The position numbers were made by a program, and so were the translations under genes. From contig JBHGNT010000008.1 in NCBI GenBank assembly GCA_043228905.1, positions 12,400,001-12,464,000 of the forward strand: DNA of 64,000 nt. The letters are read 5' to 3'. This DNA comes from Azolla caroliniana (taxonomy: Eukaryota; Plantae; Polypodiophyta). Under the pieces are notes generated by a model. It had not been told where the DNA came from, ran no database searches, and worked only from the letters and a program-made list of their open reading frames with translations. Each line of letters begins with the position of its first letter. The first letter of the stretch is position 1. This document shows positions 26,335 through 40,600 of this stretch, piece after piece.

Positions 26335-27705
26335 TACGCCTATTTGCGTCTTCCTGGCTCGATCCAAATTTTTCCGAATCGGAGCTCTTCTTCCAGCACT
26401 CCCTCGCTTAGTGTCCTTTCTTGCCACAGTACCAACATTCCGAGTCGGCCTTTGCTTGCCGATTTCCCCTGTTTGCGGAGGGTCTGGAATTGTTGGTATT
26501 TCGGTTTGCTCCTGTCGGCCACCTCCATTGCATACCGACCCGCCTCGTCCACCACCACCACGTGGCCTATCTTCCTCCATGCACAACATCTTGATGTCGA
26601 TGTGCATACTTGTCAACGCACCCGCATGGTTCTCTTCAATGATGCCAGCCCATTGAGATAGCGTATTCTCTCTCATGCACATAGCCGTTTGGAATGATTC
26701 GAACTTAGACACCAGCCCACCGAGACAAACCTGCACCATTTCGTCCTCAACGGTCACGTTGATGGAGGCCAGGGAGTCGCAGATGTCCTTGATTCGGGCT
26801 GTATTATCGGCCACAGACAGATCTTCTTTTTAGACATTGCTGAGCTGAGCTCTTGCCGGAACTGCAGCTTCTTGGTCGTTCTGCTTGCCGCAAAAACCTT
26901 CTTTAGGTTTGTCCAAGCATCTTTGGGCATCTTGGCATCCCGGATGTAGCTGAGTAGTTGTTCCCGTGAAGTAGTACATTACTCTGCTTGCCGACTGCTC
27001 CCATGCCGGAAAATCCCTGTGCATTGTGTCTGGTGCTGCATCGTTCGGTCCTTCGACATAACTCCAGTACACATGTCCCAGGCGGTATTGGTGCATCTTG
27101 TATGACCACGATGCAAAGTTGCTTTTGTCGAGCTTCTTCGTCGGAAGCGAGCTTCCCATACCTCTGTCCATTCCTCTTCTATTTTTCGAAAAATGCATTC
27201 CTTGGCTCCGTGTTTGAATGTTCTTGTTAGAATTAGAGGATGTTCTAACCCTCGTGCTCTGATACCATGTAGAAATTACTCTGTGAAAGTTACACAGGCT
27301 ACAACTGGCTCATCCAAATAGCAATAGAAAACAGAAACATAAGTTTAATAGAAAGCTTGAGCACAGTACATGAGAGACACAGACAACAAAACTTAGTTTC
27401 AAAATAATACTTTGTTCTGTATATCGAATGTGCTCAGAGAACATTTTTATACAAGTCCTTGAAAGGACTAACACAAGTACCATCAGTACTTGAATGCTCA
27501 TAAAAGAGCTCCTACAGTACTCCCAAATATATTCCTTCATGGAATATCTCTCCTACAGGTTTCTAGTCCTCCCTTGCCAATTGGTCTCCGTCCAATCTAG
27601 CTCCCGGCTTCTTTAGCCGATCTGGGCCTAACCGATCGGTCCAATTTGATCCGATTCTAAGCTTCTTCAGCCGATCCGGCCCAAGTTGAGCTTGCTCGCT
27701 CAACA
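26335..27705 (-). mobile_element. Ty1/copia E, 5' part (LTR 27268-27705, PBS, gag)
   Basis: PBS GCTCTGATACCA at 27256-27267; gag KKLDKSNFASWSYKMHQY. Confidence 0.85.
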
Positions 27706-27760
27706 TTTCTCTACTTCTTCTTTTCTTCTCCTTTTGATCTCATATTTCCAACCCTCTCTC

Positions 27761-28279
27761 TGTTGGATAACATGTTCTTCTAGATGGGAAGAAGAGAACA
27801 AACTAAATCAAAGAAACATGGGAAAATTGAAAACCAAAATCTAGAATCGATTATATAACCGAGTCGGGAGGCTATATTTGTAAATAGTATGCTATGTATA
27901 TGAGTATATATACAACTATGGGAAAATTTAGTTTGTGGTTGATCATTGTAGCAATAGTGGTTGTATAGTTAGAGAAGGCAGTTGCCTCTATAACCATGAG
28001 AGAGAGTGAGAGTTAGCGAGTAACTCTACGACCGTCAGTTTGATGAAGGAGAGCTTAAGGTTGTTGGCACGTTGGAGCTTCTGATTGTACTCCTCCCTTT
28101 ATAGTGATCTAGTTCGGAGTTCGAGGAGTCTCGTGGTTTTTCCCTTTACTTTTTTCAACGTTAAATATCCATGTCTCGTTTCTAAGTTTTTTGTTTTTTG
28201 TCTGTGCACTGTCATTGTTGATTCTTTGCACCTGAACATACGTACGAGTAACCGGTTGTGACCAGTTGAGATCCTAAAA
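27761..28279 (+). mobile_element. Solo LTR of the same family as 7504-8063
   Basis: Colinear similarity (TGTTGG..CTAGATGGGAAGAA, GTTAGAGAAGG, GTACTCCTCCC..ATAGTGAT, GATCCTAA); terminal CA and TSD degraded. Confidence 0.8.
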
Positions 28280-31200
28280 CTCCATGCTAGAAATCCAAGT
28301 CTTTCTTCCTCTTATATATGAGGGTCTTTCTAAATAAGATTTCCTTTAACTGGGGCATAACATTGGACCTACGAAACTTTGTAACTAGTCATGCCCAAAC
28401 ATTATTTGGACTTCATCTCTCATGACGAGGGAAAACACAACAAACTCCTCCCCTTTCACTGTTGTATGGGAAAATCAACCAAGTCCACTGTCATGCGAAA
28501 AGCAACAAGCTTCTCCTTAAGCAAGTTCTTATGGTATTTTTCTCTTCTAAAATTTTTCTCTACTTTGTACTATCACCATTTCCCTTGTCCCACTTTGTAA
28601 AGAGTTATGTGCGGAAGCTCGTAGACACAATCGGCTCAGCCGGATAGCAACAAAAACAAAACGAAAGTTTAATGGAAAACTTGAAAGAATACACAAAGAA
28701 TGCACAAAGCACATAGAGAGAGCAGAACATGTCAAAACTCTATTTTCAAAAATTTAATATACCCTGTACATATTAATGTGCTGAGAGAGCACTTTTATAC
28801 AAGTCCTTAAAAGGACTAACAAGTACTTCAATGCTCATACTCAGCAACAGGCACTAACTCCCAAATATATGCCTATGTACTAGGCTACGATCATAGGCCT
28901 CTAATCGCCTATTGGTATTATACTGATCCGGACACCGATCTGGCTCCCTTCAATCTGGCTCTTCGATCTGATCGGTCTTCATCCGATCCGGCTCTCGGCT
29001 TTTTCACCCGATTCGGCCCATGGTGATCTTATCCGCTCAATAGTCCGCTTCAAGCTCAACTTGAGGTCGGATTGTTGTGTCAGTCTTTGCCGGTCCTTAT
29101 CTTCGGCTTTTCCTAATGTCTTCAGGCCTTGTTCGCGCTCCTCAACCCGTTGTTGTGTTGTAAATACTTGTGCTCAACAAAGTTGCTAAAAGATAGTAAA
29201 ATATGGACACGAGCTGGTTTTGACACTTTAGGCATGATGGGGAATGCTTTAGTCGAAGGTATATTTGAAGAATCAAGATGAATTGATGTGACATAATCAA
29301 TGAGTGCTTTTACAATAGGTTGTCAATGTTTTGGTCGTAATATTTCAAGGGAATATTGGATTTCAATAAATAAACATTCTTTGGAAAGCTTCTGCGACGT
29401 ACTCCAAATGTCTAGAAGAGGTCGTGGTTACAGGCAAGAAATAACAATTAAAACCCTATTGTATATAAGTATGAGTGTGGAAGCCTTGAGAATAGAATAA
29501 CCTTAGAATATCTCTCTTGATGTAGTGTGAGTTTTTATATCCGTCTTGTTAATACATACTCTATGTTCATTCTCCTTTCCTCTCTCATAGATTATGATAC
29601 ATATCTTTGTCACTTCAAATCTCTTATTTGTTGTACGTGGATGATTATCATAAAATGTTGTAGCCCCTCTTTCATGTAGTGAGAATTTATACGTATATAA
29701 TATTATCAACTCTTGATATAGATCTTCCCCTGTCATGTTTGTTCATTGATTGTCTTTGTCATACCCATTCATCTCCTTTTGTGTTTGTGGTCTTTCTTAA
29801 ACTCAAAGATGTTGTTATGGTGCCTATGATGACGTGTCTTGTGTATTTCTAGATCTATTGTGCTAGAGTTTTGAGAGGCAAATTCTTGTGCAACACATTT
29901 TGGTGCCCCCACTGAGGACCAATCTTGACAACATCTGAGAACTTTCGGTTTTGTCATAATCAAGGCCAAGTATTTTAATATTGGAATTGGAAGTATTGCT
30001 ATATTTGTTGCATATTTTGGTAGTTAGGTGTTTCGAAATAATGGCGGATCTCTTGAGTGAGCCTTTCACCGAGACGAATAGTGATGTGGTGCAATTCGTG
30101 CGTCGGTTGAAGATTTGGGCTCTACAAGCTGGGAAGAGTGATGCTGATGTAGCGATAATGGTAAGCCTTTTGTTGGACGGGATGGCTTTAGATTGATATG
30201 TAAGGTCGGACCCAATAGAGGCGAAGAATGATTGGGCACGTTTGCAACAAGCATTGTTAACCCAATTTCAAAAAACCGAGACTCCAGATGCTATTTGGAA
30301 GGATATTAGAAGGGTAAGGCAAGGATATGAAGAGGATATTAGGGATTTTATTAGGAGGTTTGAAGATTTATATAGGAGATTGGAGAGATTAGGAAATGTT
30401 CAAGTTCCACCTGATTTTATGAAGCGTGACCAATTTATCATGGCCTTGCATGAGCATATTAAAGAGAAGGTAGATGATAAGGAACTTGAATCATTTGAAA
30501 GGGCAAAAGAAATGGCAATAAGTAAATGGAGAAAGAGGATGAGAAATCTTGGGAGGGACATGAGAGAAGATGATGAAGCTATTGAAGGTGCGACACCATA
30601 TGTTCACAGGGTACATGAGAAAAATCCCGATGTATCTTCATGGCGAGAGTCTTCTACAAATGGGGCCATGGATCTTGCACAACAAGTGGCAAAGATGGCT
30701 GATGAAGTAAATAGGCTTTGTATCAACCAAGCTAAACTTACAAGGTCTATGCAAGTTTCTCAACAAAAGAAAGATATTGGGAGGCAAAATCCCAATGTAC
30801 AGTGTTATAATTGTTTTGAACGAGGGCATATTTCACCAAATTGCCCACATCCTAAGTGAGAAGGAGGTATTGTCCCAATTCCAAGACGAGTAGAAGAGCA
30901 AAGGTCACAAAATCAAGTAAATTCTCATGGTATTAATTTGATTGAGTTTAAGATAAATGATAATGTAAAGGATGCATTAAATACAACATATGGGAAGGTC
31001 ATGTTAGATGGGGATTCATATGATGTTTTAGTGGGAAAGAGAGCTCGTGTAGAGGAGCACGAGGGAGGCTTGAGAATGCGAACTAGGTTGCATAATAAGG
31101 CGAAAGATGGAGCAATATCACAAGAGGGAGGACCTAGTAAGCATAGGGATAAGCAAGGAAAGAAAAACTTTAGAGTCAAAGAGGAGGATAACTATCAAGG

Positions 31201-34200
31201 ATTATCCATTAGGTTTAAATCAAGAATCATATTCATTGTTGAATTACTTAAAGAAAGAAAAGTGGATATGACCTTTGCCCAAGCATTAGTAGTTCCTAAG
31301 CTACGTAGAGAATGGAGGAAGGTGGTGTGTATTTCTAAGAAGGGTAGAAGGGCAACTACTACTATAGGTAGGGTAGATACTCAAAATATCCCTCAAATAT
31401 GTTACAATCATGAAAAATATTTGTTGCTAGTACTAGAAGTTTGGTGTCAAGGGCAAGTGGTAGCCCCAACATATGTAGATGGTGGTGCACAAGTATATGT
31501 CATAACGGAGGATACGGCAAGAAGATTACAATTAAAGATTAATAGAAACCATGCATATAACATGAATATGGCAAATAATGCAATAGTGTGATGTGTGGGA
31601 GTAGCAGAACAAGTAGAGTTGTATGTCTTAGGGCAACAATTATTGGTGGATTTGCACGTCATGCCAACAAGACCAAGGGCTTATCCACTAATACTACGAA
31701 GACCATGGTTGATGGGTATGCCGTGAGACAAGATTGACATCGTGGGGAATTAGAATTGTTCACAGATAAGCCTCATGGTCAAAGAGTGAAGTGTGATATG
31801 AAGACAGGACAATTACATTATTTCCCGGATGGTAGACTAGAAGAAGAGCAGCAAGATGATGTTGAAGAATTTTCAGATGAGGGATCCTTTTCGTCAAGTG
31901 AGGAGGATGAGGTTGATGATGAATATGAGGAATTACACATAGGAGTCGACCTATTTGGTATTGGGTTAGAACCCACCAAAAGTCAGCCCAATGAGCCCAA
32001 GGAGGAACTCATGGTAATGTTATCCCCTAATTTGACTAAAGAAGAGAAAAACCAATATTCCATGTTGTTTGATACGGAGTATACTCATTCTGTGTTACAC
32101 GAGATAAAGTTGCATAGCAATACAGTGCTAGTTCCTCAAAAAACATGAAGGTTGGGCAATATAAGGAGAGATATTTTGGAGGAAGAGATAAGCAAGTTGT
32201 TGGCTGCTGGATATCCCCAGTGGTCATAGTACCTAAGAAGAATAGCAAGTGGATAGTATGTGTGGATTTCAGACCTTTAAATGTGGCAACGAAGTGACAT
32301 TATTACCCAATGCCTTTCCAAGATGAAATATTGGATGAAGTGGCGGGACATGCAAGGTATTCAATATGTGATGGCTTTTGTGGATATTTTCCAATAGAAA
32401 TTTCATTTGAAGATCAAAAGTTGACTAGTTTCATCACGTCATGGGTGTATTTTGTAACACTAGGGTGCCTTTTGGGTTAGTTAATGCTTATGCAACTTTT
32501 CAAAGATGGATGGATAGGTTGTTAAGTCCTTTCTTTGGAAAATTTGCAAGGTCATTTATGGATGACATAGGAATATATAGTGATAGAAAGAGTGTCGAAA
32601 AGCTTGATCAAATTTTTGCTAAAATAGATGGAGATGGAGGTCAATTGAATCCTAAAACGTGCAAAATTGTACATAGTAAAATTATTCTACTGGGCATGAA
32701 GTTATTGCTAATGGGATTGCCATTGATCCAAGTAAAGTAGAATCTTTACTATTGATGGATGCTCCGACGTGTACAAAGAAATTGTTAAGCTTTATACAAA
32801 TGGTACGATATCTTTCATGTTCATTTCAAATGTTGGTAGAGTATATTCAAGCACTACAAAGAGCCTCAATGAGAGATCCATTTGTGTGGGGAAAAGTGGA
32901 GCAAAATGCCTTTGAAGAAGTAAAAGATAGATTGAGTATTGTACCCATTCTAATGCCACCTAATTGGGATAAACCATTCTATGTTAGTTTGACTATGGGA
33001 TTTGAAGTGGCGGGTGTAGTATTAATGCAAAAAGGTATTAAGCAATCATATATGCGCCCAATATATTATATTAGTAGGAAAATGTCAATGATAGAAAAGG
33101 CTTGGACACAAGATGAGAAACTTGTATGGGAATTGGTATTTTCCCTCCAAAAATGGAAATCCTATTTGTTAGGAAAAATCACAATAGTTTTAACTTCATG
33201 CGCTTGTTGTCCGCTGGAATAGTAACCAACGGACAAGAGCGCAAGAAAACGGAATAGTATAATATTGTAACGCATGTAACGGTTCACACAGGAAGTGTGA
33301 ACGGCTAAAAGACCTTGCCTGCGTATATAAAGGGCAGAAAACCCCTGATAGAGGGAGGGTGTAATTTTGAATGTAAGAGCCCCAACATGGCCTTTGCCTA
33401 TCCCCGCTTTAACGGCGAAACCGACGCCGCAACCCATATTCGCCTGTTCCTCAATGTCTGGAATGCAAACCACATGGCGTAGAGCCTTTTTGAGGCGGCA
33501 GCGCACCAGTCCAAAATGACGCAGTTCGGGTTAACATTGGATGGGCGATCAACGTTTTGGCATTCACAGATGGATTTGCCAACGATCACGACCTTCAAAC
33601 ATCTGCAGTTCGCCTTTTTGCGGTTCTTCCATCGGAGGGTTCCACAACGCGAAATCTTTGGATAGTTCTACACAATTAAGCAGCTGCCGACCAAGACGAT
33701 CGCAGATTTCAGCTTACGTTTCCAAAATTTACGGGCGGAAACTAGAATGGGGCCCCGAGGAGGACGAGGCTAGGGAGAGATTTCTAGCGGCATTACGCCG
33801 ACCCATACGAACAATGCTCAACAACAATAGCGTGAAAGGGGAAATGACAGATATGGTCATCGAACGAGCGTTACAATGCGAGCTGGACGACGAAGAGGAA
33901 AGGTTTTCTATGTCCTCATTACGACAAGCGTTACCTCAGGACAAGGAACGACATTTTAGTCAAGCAATCTAGTGCACAATTGGCTTGAAATCGGGGCATT
34001 CCGTAGTGGAGTGCAACATGCAAATCCCATGCCCAATCTGTCACTCAAAGGCTCACACAGTCAAGGAGTGCGAATACAATATGCTGAATAGAGCCGCTCC
34101 CACAGTATGCAGCATGGACACACAGCGTCCCCCACGCCATACTGAACAAAGGAGGCAAGAAGACCGACCACGGTATATGGATCGCACCCCACGTGACGAC

Positions 34201-37200
34201 TGGCACTACCGGAATCGTCGGAATCAGAATGATTTCGAGGAAGACGAACCAGAGGATGAGGACAACCGTGGTCCCCCCTAGATATGCTAGAGGGGCCCGG
34301 CGCTATGAGAATCACTGGCCGACAAACAAACGTGGCGGCATCAATGGACCTCGTGGAAAGCAACGACAATATCGGGACCACCGGCGATATGACGAAAGCT
34401 CGGACGATGATCGGCACCAAGAACCACGCTGGGACCAACAACAACCACCGCGTACGCTCCAACAAATGAAGTTGGATCGTGAGGAGCAAGTCGCATCGGG
34501 GGATCAGTACACACCACTAGGGGCCGAGAAGGGCGAATCTAGCATCCATTATTTTGTTTGTCAGCAGCCTGGACATTATGCCATGCAATGCCCAGTACGC
34601 AAGGGCAAGGGGCCCACTGTCAATATGATTACGGCAGAAGTGCAGCAAGTCATGACACGTCAGCAAACAAAAATGACTGATTGGGCCGCGCAAGATGAGA
34701 TACGACGAACAGCCCAGGCATGGGTTGAAAAAGCAAACACTACAAATACGGAACACATGTAGAAGGAGTCCGCGAAAACTATGGAGCTAGTGGAGGACGA
34801 AGGACCGGCCCCGGACCCCATTTGGCAAGCACTGGCAGGCTGCGAGATAACGTTAACCATGGAGAAGCTGTTGCAACTAGTCCCATGCTTCCATCAGACC
34901 ATGGAAGAACAGGTGACGGGCATACCCAGGATAAGCATCGCTACGAATTTTACGGACATTAGTGACGAACCGTTTGTAGTGGATCACCACAACCCGGCTA
35001 TTACATTGATATTACACGGTCGGGAAATCCCAGGATGCATAATCGATGGGGGCTCGGGCATTAATGTAATTAGCATGAAAACATGCGAACAGTTAGGCAT
35101 TTCAGAATGGGAGGCTTGCCCGTTCTGGTTCCATTTGGCAAATACCCGCCCAGTACGACGATTGGGGTTGATACGCAAGCTAGGCATTATTGTGGGAGGA
35201 CATCGCTTCGACATCTCGGCGGTAGTCCTCGCCCTGGACGCCCCAGGGGTGTACCCAGTGCCGCTGGGTAGACTGTGGCTTTGTGTAGTGAATATCAAGC
35301 AGAGCTGGCAACACAAGTGTATCAATTTTCGACACGGACGCACCAAGGTTCGCGTACCAACGGAGGAAAGGTAGACACAATCCAAGGGTATAACACCATT
35401 ATACGTGGAAGATATAAATATGATGGTTGGGGTGGGTGATGTAGAATTAGAGGCCTACCTAGACGAGCACCCTCGGATTATTCCGCTGTTCGAAATCGAC
35501 GTAATCGCAACCGCGGCAAAATATGCCGCGGCCACTACTCTCCACGACGCGGCTTACGAACCAAACCCAGAGTCAATATTAGAACTAAGCAGAGCACGGG
35601 CAGCGTTCGAAAGGGAAATGAAAATTTCACGACGAGTCACCGCCTCAACCCTGGAAGAAGTAAACGTGGGTGAGGCGTCAGAATCCCGTTTCCTCTCCAT
35701 CGCAAAAAAATTAAGGCCGGACCAGAGAGACGCAATGATCGAACTACTCAAGAAATATAAAGATGTGTTCACCTGGGCTCACAAGGACATGAAGGGGTTA
35801 GATCCGACGTTTTATTAACATAAGATTAATTTGGCAACCGACGCAAAACCGATCCAGCAGCGTCGCTACCGCATGAACCCGAATTATGCGACCCGCATAA
35901 AAGAAGAAATTGAAAAACTCCTAAAGGCGGGATTCATATGGCCAGTTAAACAAGCCACATGGTTACGTCCAATAGTAGTCGTTCCGAAGAAAAACGGCAA
36001 AATACGAATATGCGTGGATTACCGAAAATTAAACATCGTAACCGTTACGGACGTATTCCCTTTACCATTCACTGATAGCGTACTGGACGCTGTCGCAGGG
36101 CATCACATGTATAGTTTTTTAGATGGTTTCAGTGGATACAACCAGGTACGCATGCATCCCGATGACCAAGAGAAGACGACATTTGTCACGGACTGGGGAG
36201 TCTATGTGGCAGTCGTCATGATGTTCGGGCTAAAGATGGCGCCGACGACATTTCAACGGAAAATCACGGCGATCTTTGAGGAATTATATTCTGGCATTCA
36301 TGCAAATTTTTTTAGATGATTTTGCGGTATATGGGAAAAAAACCGACCATTTTACGCATTTGCAACTGTGCTTGGAACGTTGCCGCACCGCACGCTGAAT
36401 CCCGTGAAATGTGCCTTCGGCGTGACCAGCGGGACTCTCCTAGGCCATATAATCAGCAAGGAAGGAATAACGGTGGATCCGAACAAGATCTCTGTGATTA
36501 CTCAAGCCAAAACTCCGACAAACTCGAAATCACTCAGCCGGTTTTTAGGACAAATACGATGGCATAGTTGGATGATACGATACTTGGCGGACTTCGCCAC
36601 ACCGTTACATGCCGCCGTGCATCAGAATCCCTTCCAATGGACTCCAACGGAGGACAAGGCTTATGAGGCACTCAAGATAATGCTCACGCAGGCACCCGTC
36701 GTACAACCACTAGTTTGGGCGAAGCCATTGCACGTGTTCGTAGACGCCTCGGACATAACAATAGGCAGTGCGCTAATGCAGCTCACCAAACCGAATTGGT
36801 ACCGGCCAGTGTACTATGGTAGTCGCAAATTATCAACAGCAGAGTGTAGCCATTCCACAACGGAGCGTGAGGCGTTAGGGATGATCTATAACATCAATAA
36901 ATTCCGACATTATCTGTTTGGGAGGAAATTCACGTTCCACGTGGATCATTCGGCATTGTTGTATTTGGTGGAGAAACAAGCACTTACGAGGAAATTGGCG
37001 TGATGGATGTTGCTGCTCCAAGAATTCGATTTTGTAATTCAGCACCGCCCGGGTACGCAACATGCAGTGGCAAATTTTTTAAGCAGACTCGATAATGGAG
37101 AAATGGCGCAAAAGGACGACAACAACTTTCCAGACGCAGACATTTTGCAGGTAGTAGCACTAGCAGAAAGAATGGAAACGACCTTTCCGGACCGGTGGCT

Positions 37201-37628
37201 CATTGTTACCGGCCGGCAAGGAGTCCAAAATACGGAGTGAAGGAATTAATTATATATGGTTGTAAATGAGGATAGTGTGGACGGACGGACTGGAAACGGT
37301 ATGCCGTTCAAGATCCGGACGGATCCCGAATAGGTGCGATAGGCACCGTTTTGTACTACGGGCCGGAAACCTATTTAAAGGCCCGGACCCCATTGTAATC
37401 GCAGCGGATAATTAATAGAGCTTATGATGTTTATACTTCTGTCTTGATTTCCGTTCTGTAATTACTGTTATATCTTACGCGTGTAATTAACCAAAGCACT
37501 TTAATCGTGTAACCTACGTAAGTCGGTGTAATCGTTGAATCTTAATCCTATGCCGTAATCACCCTTTGGTGAAGTGTCTCCGTGACACCTTGTGTTAGAC
37601 CTTGTCCGGCTAGCGAATAACACAGTTT

Positions 37629-37640
37629 TGGCGACCACGA
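37629..37640 (+). promoter_or_regulatory. PBS of G2, probably tRNA-Arg(UCG)
   Basis: TGGCGACCACGA 6 nt after the 5' LTR; complements ...GUGGUCG-CCA, recalled as the Arg(UCG) acceptor end. Confidence 0.75.
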
Positions 37641-37673
37641 TTCCTGCTTTCTCGCAGCGAACGACGGTAATGG

Positions 37674-40600
37674 ATGACTAGACCAACACACGACTTGGTT
37701 ACGGACCGAGCTCGACGCCTCGCCGAACGGCAAAGACGGCGTGAGACTTTCCAGCAAGCAGCGCAGGAAATTCGCTCGGATCGTTCGTTCTCCAACGAGA
37801 TCCGGAGAGTCGCGGAGGAATCTCTCCGGTTACGGCAAACTCGCGACCAGGACGACGGAAGCAGTCTAAGTAGTCTCCGGGAAACCGAACGCCTCCTGGA
37901 GGCACTGGCAAGCGGAGAAAACGAGGCAGAAGCCTTTTCAGCCTACGAATCGGATTCCGAAGGGGGATACAACGTGCACACGAACTACCGGAGCAGCAAC
38001 GATACCCCCGGCGGCCCGGAGGACGACGGGTCGGATACCGTGCCGACTCCAGAACCGGAACCGCTCAACCAGGGCTACCCGGAACCACAAACGGAAGCCG
38101 TCAACCCACCAACACCGGGAGTGGAAGAAGCAAAGCCACCGACACCAACGAAAGAGCCGGCAAAAGTACCGGAAGAAGAGCCGGAAAAGGAACCGGAAAA
38201 AGCACCGGCACAAGAACCGGAAGTGGAACCGGAGAGAAAACCGGAAAGATATCAACAAACGCCACTAAACCGCGGCCTAATACTGGACGACGACATGCCG
38301 TTCCAATACTCAAAGTATCGCGACGATCCGGATGCGGAAGCGCATGTTCATGACTTCGAGCAGACATGGGAAGCAAATCACACGTCCCAGCGAATGACAC
38401 CGGAGGAAGAAGAACGCTCGAAGATAGCGGAATTCGGAGTCACGTTGGAGGGACCAGCGACACGATGGCGGCGGACGCAGGACCCGGCGACCATCACAAC
38501 CTTTGCAGAATTAAAAGCAAAATTCTTGCATTTTTTCCACAAGGAGGTCGACCAGACGACAATGGTGGGCCTGTTTTATACGATCCGACAGGAGGCAGGG
38601 GAAAGCTTTCCCCAATTCGTCATCCGTTTCCAACGAATGCATAGCCAGCTTGCCCGTGCACCCCCGGAGGAGGAATTACGGACGATATTTCTAAACGCAC
38701 TCCGGGAACCGTTACGCACGGTGTGTACGGTGATCGACTTTCGAGGATGCACCATCGACCAGGTCATTGACCGGGTCAGAGAAATGGAAAAGTCAAGCTC
38801 ATGGCTTACGCTGGGAACGCTGCAACGGGCGTTACCCACCGAGGAAGATCTCCGGTTCCGGCAAGCAATTCAATGCACAATCTGCTTGAATGCCGGACAC
38901 TCGGCAGTGGAGTGCACCATGCGAACCCAGTGTGTGATTTGTCAATCCAAGAGTCATACAACGGACCAGTGCGAGTATAACCTGTTAAACCGACAAGCAC
39001 CACCCGTCCGACGGATCGAGCCAAGAAGCAGCCGAGACGAAGATGACGATCGTTGGCAAAGAATGAACCGGTACCAACCGGCACAGGATGTCCGGTACGG
39101 AGACAGACAAGAGAATGATGGCCGGTACGGGAATCGGCGTGATAACTATGACCGGTATGAGCGATCGGACCGTTATCGGGAACCCAACAGACGACACGAG
39201 CAATACAACAGAGACCATTCCCCTGGTTACCGAAGGCACCAGGAGGACTACGGCCGATTTTACGATCCACCACGACCGGACTACCGAAATAAAAAGAATA
39301 ATAAGAAACGCAATTTCAAGAAAGGTGGTCACACTAGGGACCCGGAACAGGGAACCCCAAGGAGCCAACCGGCACAGAACGCACCACTCACTACGGGACC
39401 GACTCCGGATACCAGCAAAGCTGAATCCAGCAATACCCGTAAAGAATACTACTATTACTGCAGGCAGGAAGGCCACTACAGTAACCAGTGCCCGGCAAAG
39501 AGCTACGATAAACGACCAGCAGTTAATATGGTGGTTTCGGAAGTGGCGGATTTACAGCAAGTAACCACACGGTCGAAAGGCATGGTCAAAGAGTGGGAAA
39601 CACAAGAGGCCATACGAAAATAGGCGACGGAGTGGGTGAAGGAAGCCAATGAAAGGAATGTCGCGGACGTGGAACGGCAAAAGGCAAATACCATAGGGAG
39701 TGCCAGCGGTAGCCACCCAGAAAACGAGACATGGCAAGCACTGCAAGAATGTCAGATCACGTTGCCATTAGGAAGACTCTTACAGCTCGTGCTGCGATTT
39801 ACGGAAGGGCTAAAAACGGTCATGACAGACGGTATAGCCCCACCGGCACCAGTCCTTTTCTCGAATCCGGAGGAGGGACCGACGGTGGTGGACACAAGTA
39901 GTCCAGTGATTACAACTATTGTCAAAGGGCACGAACTTCCCGGCACAGTAATCGATGGAGGTTCCGGGGTGAACGTAATAAGCCTCCGCACGTGTGATGC
40001 CTTGGGTATACATGAATGGGAGCCATGTCCGTTCTGGCTACGGATGGCGGATACGAGCTCTGTACGGCCAACGGGCTTAATACGGAAATTGGAAGTCACC
40101 ATAGGAGGCCACACATTTCACATCTCGGCTGTAGTGCTGCAGCTACAGGCGCAAGGCGCGTACCCACTGTTGCTGGGCAAACCATGGTTGAAAACAGCAC
40201 ACATCAAGCAAAATTGGCAGAAAAATATGATTACCTTCCGGCACGGAAAAGCCAAGGTCCGGGTTCCGACACAACCACGGACGAGCAACGGTAAGGAATG
40301 CACACCGCTATATGCGGAATGCGTGAACATGCTTGAAGGGTTGGCAGATGACGAAGAAGCCCAGTACTTGGAGGAACACCCAAAGATCGTACCACTCTTC
40401 GAGATTGACGTGGCTGAAGCCGTAGCGCCATACTTGCCGCAGCGGGACGAAACCGAAGCCGAACCAGACAAAGATGCGATTCGGGAATTACGGCAAGCAT
40501 AGGAAGCGTTGGAACGGGAAATGGCCGTTTCCCAAAGGGTAAAAACATCCCAGCTTGACGAAGTGAACCTAGGAAGCAAGGACGAATCAAAGCCGGTTCA

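Noticed and set aside
39621-39623. Programmed gag-pol stop-codon readthrough in G2
   Set aside because: The homologous position is not a stop in G1, and other stops are scattered, which fits C-to-T decay.
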